Shown here: positions 39,101-49,523 of the stretch, piece after piece | Layout: each line of letters begins with the position of its first letter | How positions within the stretch are numbered: the stretch's first letter is position 1 | Assembly: GCA_964035545.1 (NCBI GenBank) | Contig: OZ037769.1 | Coordinates: forward strand, 2,418,001-2,482,000 | DNA length: 64,000 nucleotides | Source: Bugula neritina | Lineage: Eukaryota; Animalia; Bryozoa | Direction: 5' to 3' | The notes under the pieces: generated by a model | Seen by the model: the letters and a program-made list of their open reading frames with translations, nothing else | Databases searched by the model: none | What the model was told of the DNA's origin: nothing | Program-made: the position numbers and the translations under genes

Positions 39101-42100
39101 AATGTGGGTTCAGTGTTGGAGTTGTTTCCCCAGCTATGCCTCTGGTTTCCAATTGATCTCTAGTATTTGAGTGTAATACAGCTAGAGTACTAAGAGAGGA
39201 TGATTTTTTGGGATATAAATCTAGCAAAAGTTGTGCCACCTGATAGTTTGTAACATTTGGTGTGAGATGTGGATATTAAATCTGGCCAGAAAGGGGTATT
39301 TTCTTATATAAGCAAAGTTGGATGACCAAAATTTAACTCCATGCAGAGCATTTTGTCTGTCTGTGTGTTAGTATTAAGACCTAATCCTACTATAATTAGG
39401 ATTATGTTTGTTTCAATGCATGTGAATTCCCAAAGTGGTGTTAACAGCAGCAGCCCGGCAGAGGTCAGGAGGTCAATTCCAGCTGGGAGAATGCAACTGT
39501 TGGTGTAATGGGTGGGCAGAGATTTACCTGCACAGACCTTCAGGTGATACTTCCTGGATACTCAGGATTCAGAATAAGCAGCTGTTCAACTACGAGGACT
39601 TTCCTTTCTCTGATATCAGGTATGTATAGCTAGCACCTGTCTCACCTGTCAGGTATGTCTGGCTAGCACCTGTCTCACCTGTCAGGTATGTCTGGCTAGC
39701 ACCTGTCTCACCTGTCAGGTATGTTTGGCTAGCACCTGTCTCACCTGTCAGGTATGTTTGGCTAGCACCTGTCTCACCTGTCAGGTATGTACAGCTAGCA
39801 CCTGTCTCACCTGTCAGGTATGTATAGCTAGCACCTGTCAGGTAACATATCTACCTCACACAGGTTGCACTATCTACATATTAGCTGAAGAGATTCACAT
39901 AAGTAGGCAGTACTTCCTGTTTGAATTACCATAATGCAATGCGCTAACAGAAGTTGTTTGCCCGCAGCTCCCTGTTCATGGCGTCACCCCATAAGTCACC
40001 GTTTCCCTCCAGCGTTGGTTTCTCGGCTCCTCCCCCCAAGATGGTGGAGAGCAAGTCGATGGAGGAGAGTGACTTCTACGAGGAGCAGAAGGAGAAACAC
40101 TTTAATGACCTCATTTCCAGCAGCACTGCCAAACGTAGACTTAGTCTCTTACACTATTCAGGTGAGGAGACGGGTGGTCATTCCGCTACTCATACTGTTG
40201 TGTACTGTGGTTAGAATTCAAATGAAATTCGTTTGGCGGAAAACATAAATTATTACAATAAGGAAAATAATATAACAGTTTATCTATCAGGGAATTGAGC
40301 TATACGTTACATGTTGGAATATGTAGCACTTATTAGCTTTGTTTCTTAACATTTAGAAGAAGGCATTGAGGAGACGTCTATAAAGCCAACACCACTGCTC
40401 CACCGTACCTACTCTTCTCCAACCAAGAGCTCAACTAACCCTGAAGTAACTCTCTCTCCTACCCACACCACTCCTACCCACACCACTTCCACCCCCTCTA
40501 TTGATGGTAGTACTACCCCAACCGCAGGCAACACTAGCCACGTAAATGGCGCTGGCTCCACTCCTGTACGGTCACAGCGCAATTTCTCCCCACTCACTGT
40601 TTCTCCTCACTCCTCTTTCTCCTCTCCCCAGCATATTGGCAGCAGAGGCAGCGCTTTCACGACTCGTCAGAAGAATATGGGCAGCGAGGATGACAACAAT
40701 ACAGGTGGGCACAACTTCTACTCTCCAGTTCTATCACAAAGACTCTGATTCGAATCAAATGTGTGCCTCTGTTGTCTATAGTGTGTGTGCTTCCTGCAAG
40801 TCATCTGATAGGTTAGGTTTGTTATTTTCTGGTTACACTATCTATTCCTGTTTCTATTACGCAGCAGACAGAAATAGCGTTAGTTTTACTCAAAACGTCA
40901 AGTTCTCTGATACTATTCACAAACATCTCATAGATGAGAGTGATAGTCCAGAGGACTCTCCCGCAGGTAATTATCTTGCTACTGCTGTTATATGAACACA
41001 TTTACCTGCACTCCGTAAGCTCTATTTACCAGGCTAATATTTCTGCTTGTTGCTGCATGCTCTCTCATCCTTTATGATTTATGAATAAAAGTCTGTCCAC
41101 ATTGGAACTGGAGAACAGGGATTATTTTTAGAATAGGTGTTTTTTAGCTGAACAACGTATGTGTTTAACGAAAATAGGGAGGCATAAATTATGTTTAAAA
41201 GGATCATAAATAAATTTTTTCGTGGAAATACATTATTTTCAATGTTATTAAAGAATATGCTTTATAACCACCAATTATCTAACTTTTTTAATGCTCAAAT
41301 GTGCTCTGTTTAGAACGTTGCCAGTATTTGAAAGCTTTTGTGGCCAGAAACGTTTATATGTTCACACCAATGTCAGAATGTTGGGCAGACATTTTGTATT
41401 TTCTAGCGTTGCCTTGGGAACCCTTTACAAGGCTATCCAGTCAATGAGTCATGCACATTGTCGAGCTCGGCAAATAGATTTTTTATAGTTTGAAGTTGTT
41501 TACTCTTTCTAAATCTAGCGAAGCGTCATCCAAGTTCACCTGATGCATTCTTTTGTGGAGCACCTACCTTCTGTGTCAACTGGCTATTTTTACTCTGAGT
41601 AGATTCAATAAGTCTTGAATACTTTTTATCTGTTTTCATGTTTAGTTTTAGTAAAACGGTTTCTCTAAGTAAATTTTGGCAAAATTACAGTTTAAGCATT
41701 TTTCAAATATTTCAAAGCTGCGAAATATTGAAAATAATTTATTCGGGCCAACTGCTAACTAACTTTGTATAGTGAAACAGAATCAACTAAACTTTGTCTC
41801 GCTTTACAGCTGTGTACGGGATTACCTCACCACTGTATAACCCAACTTCTAACACGCTAGCTTAGTTAATCTACTTACATTATCAGTGTAGCTACACTAG
41901 TATCGTGTGATACATACTGTTGGTGTTTACACGCTCTTCCCTACACCCTGTCCTCCTGTACAACTTTTATGTTGTAGTTTATGTGACCACAACTCTTGCC
42001 ACTAGTTGCCCTATGTGCCATCAATAATAAGCTAGCAAACTCTAAAGAAGAGTATTTATGTACTAAAGCCTACATATACATTCTCCAGTAACACATACAT

Positions 42101-45058
42101 TATATATAATCTAGTAACACAAGGGAGCAGCCGTGGTCTAGGGGTTAGAGCACTGGTTTAGTAAACACGAAGTCATGGGTTCGAACCCCAGTAAATGCAG
42201 TTGGTGATGTTAAAAAGAGCATCCAGTCATAATTGCTCCTGTGCCTCATATAAATAAGTCCTCAGCCAGCTTCAACAATAGCCATTTCCTTCAGGGGTTC
42301 TCACAAGTCACGGGGGGGGGGGGGAGGTATAAACTTGCCTGAGTTTTTCAACACAGTAATGGCTGCCATTTCCTCATCTAAATAAGTCCTTAGCCTGCTT
42401 TAAAAAAACCTTTCCACTGGGGGTTCTCATAAGTCACGGATATAGTGGCTATAAACTTGCCTGAGTTTTTTCAACACAGTAACGACTGCCATGTGTTCAC
42501 AGAGATGGTGCCATTTCTCAAGCCCCGCAGTCAGACCTTCTCTTACTCAACTAAATCTTCTCTGCCAGACGTCAGAGTTAATACTCCGGCTGCCAAAGAC
42601 ACCAGAGCTGGAATTCTACCCAACTTTGTCTTCTTACAGCTCTACCACATGGGAATACTACATGTAAATAGTGTTCCCATACCTATACCAGAAGGTAATG
42701 AGGTGAGTGAATTGGGAGTCGTCTTCTTACAGCTCCACCATATGAGAATACTGCTCTCCCACATCTTTTGATTCCAAATACACAGTCTCTGTGGTGTTTA
42801 TGGAACCTGGATTATTTTTACTTGTGATATAAACTATGATGCAACTTGTTTTGTTTTGTTTGTAGGAATTTAATCGAGGGCTCAAGAATCTAGAACGAAT
42901 AGCTCCATACGAGACTCACAAGGTAGCCGTAATGTTATTTCTTCATTATATTAACCCGTATTAACTCATTATTACATATTAATTTTGTAAAGGATATCTT
43001 TACATTACCATCATTGAATAATTATATCCACTCCACCCTAACTCTGTAGAGTACATATAAATATCACTCTTTTCTCCATGTTATAAGACTATCTAGTATT
43101 TAGATAGTTCATCTATTGCACATGATACGCTGTTCTCGATTTTATTTTGCATCTAAACTGTCGATTAAATGCACAGGTGGGAATAGTGTATGTAGGGAAG
43201 GGACAAGCTGCGAATGAAGCCGCCATTTTGTCCAACACTTACGGGTCTCAGCGATACTCTCAGTTTCTGAAGAAGCTCGGCACACTAATCTCTCTGGACA
43301 AGTGTGACCCTCGCGACATGTACGTCGGTGGTTTGGACCACGAGCAGGGCGCAGACGGCAAATACACTTACATCTGGCACGATGAGGTCGTACAGAGTAA
43401 GTATATGGTATAATATGAGCTCATGTATACTAAGTATATAATATGCTGATGTAAGTGTATGAAGTCATACAGGGTAAGTATAATATTAAGAGGGTAAGTA
43501 TATGTAATGAAGTAAGTACATCTGGCAGAACAAGTTAATGCATATGGAGTTTCATGGTTTCACTGAATTGTAGTGGTCTTCCATATTGCGACGATGATGC
43601 CTAGCAAAGAGTCTGACGCACGCTGTACCAACAAAAAGCTGCACATTGGCAATAACTACGTCACCATCGTGTACAACGAGAGCGGGGAACCCTACAGTCT
43701 GGGCACTATTAAGGTGGGGACGGGTCATGTGATGCTTGTACTTCGTGCCGTAATGAATATACAGTGATTGAAGGCAATATTTTACGTTTTGCAACAAACT
43801 TTTGTTGAGGTCCCAGAACTGGTAGAATGAGTTAGTTTAGTTGAGGAAATGTTTTATTTTATGTTCTTTTTGTCTGAGCATGCCCAGTGCTCATAACTTA
43901 AAAGTTTTGCTAGGAAAAATGTATTAATATGCCTCTATGCTGTATTTCATCTCATGCAGTACACGTTTGAAGCATGTACAGAACTTCCATATATTTGACA
44001 GGGAAAGTTCAACTACGTGAACATTATAATAGAGCCACTTGACCAAGTGTCTAATGCTGTAACCATTCAATGCAAAGATGGTGAGTGCTCATACATCAGT
44101 CACTTGTGGGATGCTATTATGGTGTCCCGATAATGTTTCTTACCTGCCCAGTACCACAGGCTAATATGACCTAGTTAGAATGTAGGATACTCAAATTAAT
44201 GTTGTGTTGTTCACTGCATGTTACTTCATGGTTTACTTTATATACTGTACACACTGCCAGCTGTCAACTCATATGTTCACCAATAGACAGTTGGAACATC
44301 ATCTCCTGGCCAATAGGAATACTATTCGGCATTTCCCTCCATCTTGGCAATAAAAACTGGTTATTAGTCAAATTTCCCAACATAGTTGGGTCAAATATAC
44401 TAACATAATTTGTAAGAATACTGTTTGTGCTGAATAACATCTAAACAAATCAAATAAGTACTAGATGGTAGTCTGTAAAACAGTCTGTACTTACGTGCTC
44501 TGCATGTTTGATAATGTGTATGAGTACTCACTATTGTGTCAACAGATGTCAAGCAGATACTGGAACATGTGTCCACTACGAAAGTGATAAGTGATGAGAA
44601 TATAACAGATTTGGTCAAACAGATTGCTCTACATAGCTCTGTGAGTTGCTTCCCCTTGTATTATATATTCATTATGTAACTTTGTGAGTTATGTCCTCCT
44701 GTAATGTGGTCTAATTATACGACTCAGAGTTATGTTCCCTTATGCTATATATTTATTACACCACTAAAGGAGTTATGTTCACATGTGATGTGTAATTATG
44801 CAATTCAGTGAGTTATCTCCCAGTGTTCTATTTAAGATGGCGTCTCTGATATGTGAAAGATTGAAACACAACGTGTTCTACGCGTCCAACTGGCTGGAGA
44901 GATTGAGACAGATCAGGAGGATGAAGGACAAGGTACCAGTAAATCGAAAACTCAATGAGAAACTTTCACAGAAGTCTGGTGAGAAGTCAGCTAAAGAGAG
45001 AGTAATCAACGCTGACTTCGACAGCAGTTGGGTCACAGATTTCACCGAGTACTGTTAG
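27176..45058 (+). CDS. TSC2: Tuberin (TSC2), Rheb GTPase-activating protein, 33 coding exons, ~1690 aa
   Basis: Exons 27176-27295, 27467-27553, 27966-28073, 28538-28678, 28958-29094, 29602-29850, 30144-30270, 30736-30879, 31047-31202, 31285-31388, 31812-31893, 32171-32323, 32934-33047, 33713-33930, 34166-34268, 35620-35745, 35955-36089, 36474-36663, 37203-37399, 37740-37906, 38005-38188, 38884-39076, 39448-39619, 39968-40161, 40357-40704, 40865-40966, 42503-42702, 42866-42922, 43177-43396, 43574-43713, 44002-44080, 44546-44640, 44837-45058 are phase-consistent. Motifs: [70 protein letters not shown], Rap-GAP domain (ETHKVGIVYVG...FHIATMMP...[10 protein letters not shown]), C-terminal DFTEYC*. 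Confidence 0.96.
28085..28245 (+). repeat. Minisatellite (~35 bp) just after a TSC2 donor; units carry CAG|GTAATA
   Basis: Unit AGTAGATTATAGTGTGCAGGTAATAGTATACAC, 4-5 copies. Confidence 0.9.
28690..28918 (+). repeat. (GTA/GTG)n trinucleotide microsatellite filling most of a TSC2 intron
   Basis: Source of the poly-V and poly-T pseudo-ORFs. Confidence 0.95.
29370..29594 (+). repeat. Minisatellite (~43 bp, ~5 copies) abutting the TSC2 acceptor at 29601
   Basis: Unit TATACTGTACACACATGTATGGTTATACACATATACCGTATAG(T). Confidence 0.9.
30275..30725 (+). repeat. Complex TACT-based degenerate repeat filling a TSC2 intron
   Basis: Recurrent TACTTACTTGTTATATG, TACTTACACTG and TACTTACCTCTCATTA modules. 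Confidence 0.9.
31375..31682 (+). repeat. Minisatellite (23 bp, ~13 copies) containing the TSC2 exon end plus donor
   Basis: Unit ACTAAGTATTACAG|GTGTGTGTC. The exon ends ...ACTAAGTATTACAG at 31388. Confidence 0.95.
32362..32515 (+). repeat. 12-bp tandem repeat GTTGCTGTGT(AC/GT)
   Basis: Directly visible, ~40 nt after donor 32323. Confidence 0.95.
33055..33620 (+). repeat. 12-bp tandem repeat TACTGTGACTAT, ~45 copies
   Basis: Starts just after donor 33047. Includes an internal higher-order duplication. Confidence 0.95.
34260..35472 (+). repeat. Minisatellite (23 bp, ~52 copies); each unit is pyrimidine tract + AG, CAAG, then GT donor
   Basis: Unit TTTCTCTCTCAG CAAG GTG(G/A)GTG. The exon ends ...CTCAGCAAG at 34268. 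Confidence 0.97.
36664..37192 (+). repeat. TATATCTACTCTG(TATG) minisatellite filling a TSC2 intron
   Basis: 14-18 bp units running from donor 36664 almost to acceptor 37202. Confidence 0.95.
38385..38901 (+). repeat. Minisatellite (30 bp, ~17 copies) containing the TSC2 acceptor plus first 18 exon nt
   Basis: Unit GTATATTTC(T/C)AG|GGCTATGACGCACTCAGT. The last copy is the start of exon 38884 ([13 protein letters not shown]). Confidence 0.95.
39614..39846 (+). repeat. Minisatellite (33 bp, ~7 copies) reiterating the donor TCAG|GTATGT
   Basis: Unit GTATGTnTnGCTAGCACCTGTCTCACCTGTCAG, starting at donor 39620. Confidence 0.95.
42124..42495 (+). mobile_element. tRNA-derived SINE, copy 2, with duplicated 3' half, ending next to a TSC2 acceptor
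   Basis: A-box TGGTCTAGGGG and B-box GGTTCGAACCC; body homologous to 6770-6962. A ~120-bp segment (TAAATAAGTCCT...CAACACAGTAAnGnCTGCCAT) is present twice. Confidence 0.8.
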
Positions 45059-45270
45059 TAGCTAGTCATGGTAATTTATTAGTACTTCCAGTACTTGCTC
45101 ACTATTAGTACTGTTAGTAGCTAGTCATAGTGATCTATTAGTACTACTAGTACTCACTCACTGTTATTGCTTACTCACTATTAGTACTGTTAGTACTTAC
45201 TCATGGTTGTCTATTAGTACTGCTAGTACTTACTCACTGTTAGTACTTACTCATAGTTATCTATTAGTAG
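45049..45270 (+). repeat. Degenerate tandem repeat starting at the TSC2 stop codon (3' UTR)
   Basis: AGTACTGTTAGTAGCTAGTCAT, which includes the TAG stop, recurs at ~45107. Related units continue to ~45270. Confidence 0.8.
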
Positions 45271-46246
45271 TCTTCTACTTTTGTGTAATTAGTTGCTATG
45301 GCAATGTTGGTGCTCCTTTTCTAGTGCATGCTTTTACTTCTGACAATATTTAATTACCTGAATGCAAAATAACTAACTTGTTAAAAAATTAGACAACCAA
45401 AAGTTCATGACATTGTATTTCCATCGTCTATTTCCGCATGTCTATCCCTAATCAACAAACAATTTGTATTTAACATCAGTTGTGTGCAACTTTGCTGGTC
45501 AGTCATGAACTTCTAAGCCATAACTTTTTGAATTGAATTTATTTTTGTATATTTTTAGAGTTTTGGAATACCTTTGCTTGCATTTAAAATGCGTCTCTAA
45601 TACATCACTTGATGTGAGCATGCATGCATGTGTAAAATATATATTTTTTTCTGAAAATGCGAAAACAAATTATTTTGCATCCTTCATCTCAACTTTAGAC
45701 AAAACTCCAACTGTGCGTAATTGTCGAGGGATGCGCATTTTATATTTGAATGATATAGAAACACGTCAGGTCACTAGAATAGCTCAGCTGATGTTTGGGG
45801 TCACCATCAAAGTTGATTACAAAAAGTTGAAAATGTAAATGATAAAAACTTAACCCTCTGAGTTGTATTCAACCTCCTACATCTAAGCTAAAAACACTTC
45901 TACGGAAAAATTCTAAACTTCATTATGGTTGGCTAATAATGAGAGAGAGCATAACTTCACACGGCTAGTCTTGATAATTACCACATTATACAAAGTAAAC
46001 ATATACAACTAGTATTATAGAATGGAAACTTAATAAATATTAGGTAATGTGCTAGTCGCAACCAACAGTATAACCTAAACTAGTTAAAATATTGTAAATC
46101 TTAGCATATAAATTGCAAGAAAAGTTCACTTCCCAATTTCAGCACCTAGTATTGTGACTAATTCGTTGTATAATACAATTCCCTATGCCCGTCAAAGGAG
46201 TGCTTGTATCCACCTGACAAGCCAGCATTACGCAGTATAATGAGCT

Positions 46247-49200
46247 TCACGCCCTCACCAAGTACGTGTGATAAAATATACCAAAGTAAGTGGTCACTGT
46301 CCAGGCGTACATGAAAAACCAAATAAAATAGGAAGTCACGGACTGCAGGAGATTTGATGAGAAGACCGAACGTAATTCCGACAGACTGAGAGAAAATTCC
46401 TGTATGTTTGCTCTGACTGAGTTGACGAGACTTTCTGAGTCAGCATCTGTGACATTGGCAGCAGCAGCTGGTGAAGAGGCAGCAACGTTGGCACCTAAGA
46501 AACATGAGAGTGGCAGCATAAACTACATATCAACATGATCATTTGGTGAAACTTTTCCTTTGTTATAGAAGAAAATATAACTTGTAAAGGAAACTTATTT
46601 AAAATACAATGTGATTCATCATTTCAAGGCAAGATCCTATAATTCTAGAGTTATTCTCTCCTACAATATTATTTATTATGAGCTGATAACTTCAATGTAA
46701 CTTATATACTTGTCTTATAGCAGCAGATACTTGGACTCAGTTCTTACAGCAACAAATAACTTAGGATCAGCAACTAATTTTATACTTTGAACATTCTCAA
46801 CTTTGCAACAGCAACTTTGCTTGACGGAGCATACAGTACACTGCAGTTGACTTGACTATATGCAGTTGTATGGTCCAAATAACTTACTAGTAAAAGATCT
46901 ATTCATCAGCAGGGCGGCAGCAATAAGGGTCAAAGGGCATATAAGCTGCACTGCCACCACACAAAGATAATAGAAAACTTGTGTAACAATGCCTTGAATC
47001 TCGGTGTTGTAAATCTTGCCGGCCTCCTTACGTATCGCCTCCAACTTTGTACACGCTGTGTTCAAGTAGGCTACAATTCATAGACATTCTAGTCACTGGA
47101 GTGACTCGGTTAATATGCTGCCAGAAATGCTGCTGGCTAGCGAACAGGGATTATAGATTATAAATAACAGCAAAACTATAGAATAGATTCTGAGGTACAA
47201 AGACTATAACCAAGAGAAGGTCAACAATGTTGGTGCTAGTACATTATAATCACCACAATAAGCTGTCAGAGCAATTTAAACTCAACCCTCCTACTGACAA
47301 AGTTTTCTAATACAACCAGTCAATATAGAGACCAGCTATTTTCACTACTAAAAGTGGACAGATCTATATATGACTGATGTTGATTCTCAGTTACCTTGAA
47401 GTCTGTGGTGCAGCAAAACCATTCTTACTATAATAAATGAGACAATAGCGATGTCCCTGAAGAGATCAAATAGAGAGTCTGAGATCTCTACAGCTGTTCC
47501 GGGTATGACCTTTCCTACAGTTAAAGGTCAGTTATTTCAGTACTACACACAGAACGTGTTCACACACATGTACTATTAGCTAAACAGACTAAACTGCACA
47601 CGATGTAGTGCAGTGAATGCACATAACATGACTTTAAAACAAAACATAGTATGGGAAGTGAAGAAAATCTATTCTCACAGAAATACAAAGAATAAGTTGG
47701 TTACCCAGAAGAGGTGTGCGAGATATCGGTGGAACCCACAGAGACAGAACAAACACAGGGAAGAGTAAATCTGCATACATGATCATCTGCAGCAACGGTC
47801 GGTCTCTCGCGATTAGCAGAGAGTCAAGGTGACATTTGGCGACTCTAACGCCGGGGAAGGTTAGCAGAGCTCCGACAAGCGCCGATATGAACGCCAGGAC
47901 CATTCTGAAGGTCACCAGACTGCCGTCCCCTATTACAGAGAGTCCTCTCTTCGAGAGAAACTGATTGGCCGACTCGGTGAATGCGTCGTGAGCCGACACC
48001 AGGTGAAACTCCAGCGTCTGAAGAATAACACAAAGATAAGAAAACCCTTCGCAGTAAGACTACACATGTTTCTATATGTGTCAACAATTAACATTCTACA
48101 TTACAAACACACGAGTATGCCATCTACTCGTATATGGAGTGGGACTCCTGAATGAAAACAAGAAAATGAGATTACACCCAAGTTAACTTACTTTGTCGTC
48201 AATTATGAGAATAATCATGGCAGATATTAGGAAAAAGAACCCGAATATGCAACACAGCACAATTTCACCAGAGTTCTGACCTATAAAAGTACGAATGCGT
48301 GATTATTGAATATTCAAACTATCGCATCTAAATTACAGAAAGTAAACTCTGTCCACAAGGCAAACATGATGGGATATGCCGAGACGGGATAAGCTGAGAC
48401 AGGATATGGTGAGACACTCACTTATCTTGTAGGAAGACACGATGTTAATCAGAGGTTTGAGAGAGAATAGCATTAGCAAGAAGCACCAAAGGGAACTCAG
48501 GCCATACTCATTCGTGTGAGGAAACAGGAAGTGCTCGTGTATGTAGGTCAAGGTCACAACTGTAAGCAAAATCAACAGCAAATATAAAAAGGAACAGGAG
48601 AAAACGATTCTTGTTACAACAAATGTGAAAATAAGTGCGAAACTAGAAATGTTCTTGTAATATTTTCTCACCTTTCAAAAATTGATTGAAAAGATGACTT
48701 TAAATCTAACTAGAAAAAAGTTTATAAACTTTATTATTATTTTATTACCATTCAGCTTACAAAACCATTAGTCAAATATTGAAATATTAACATCACTTTT
48801 CATCAAGACTTATCAATATTATTAGTAAACTCGTTGCTGACTAGCAAACTCGTCGTTGACTAGTGATGGCCGACAGCGAGTTTATAGCAACTCACCAAAG
48901 GCAGTGGTGAGAGCGAAATCCATAACCCAGATAAACTCCGAGTAGAATCTAAGAGGAAGTATATCAAAGGGGGTGAGGGGGGCGTGAGAGAGATGCAGCT
49001 CCACACTTCGAGATACTTGAAAGCTTTCTGTAGAGTTCTGTTGCACTCCTTTGTTGACTGTTTTACGAGATTTCTTTCCATTTGCAGATCGCTGGCTGTT
49101 TCCTAGAATACAGATTATACAACTTTATTAAGATTTAACTTTCAAGAGAATATGTTGCTAAGCTACACCCAAAAATCGGTGTACATTTTACTCCCTCAAA

Positions 49201-49523
49201 AATAAATGCTACGCTACCATATATACCTTTTAAAAACAAGAAATTATTAACTAGTTCAATTTAATAAATCTGTGTAAATGAGGACTATGTCTATAGCAAA
49301 AACAAAACTCCAGCTGCACTATCAACTCCATTGTCTTGAAAAACTAAAAGTTTTCAAAGCTGTTACCAGAAAGAGCCTTTAGCTCGTCATCGGTGGGGTG
49401 CAGATACCGCACCAACCCTTGACGAGTAAGTAACCATCTACCCAGAGAATATATTGGACTTATCTTCTGCAGGAAACTAAGAAATATGAGGCTAACCACG
49501 ACCTGAGCTCCAAACACAGCCAT
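46247..49523 (-). CDS. TMEM161: Transmembrane protein 161 (TMEM161A/B family) homolog, 8 coding exons
   Basis: N-terminus MAVFGAQVVVSLIFLSFLQKISPIYSLGRWLL...RYLHPTDDELKAL. Internal LRFYSEFIWVMDF, GALLTFPGVRVAKCHLD, LQAYLN...RKEAGKI...VFYYLCVVAVQ. C-terminus FGIFYHTYLVRA*. GT-AG introns are phase-consistent. Confidence 0.92.

Noticed and set aside
42124-42200. Possible tRNA gene
   Set aside because: It has A and B boxes but I could not fold a convincing cloverleaf, and it continues into a body shared with the copy at 6770, so it is better explained as a SINE head.
43630-43665. GNNY instead of human GNDF near the TSC2 catalytic site as a sign of an inactive GAP
   Set aside because: The catalytic asparagine (HIGN) is retained; the changed residues follow it, so there is no basis to call the enzyme dead.
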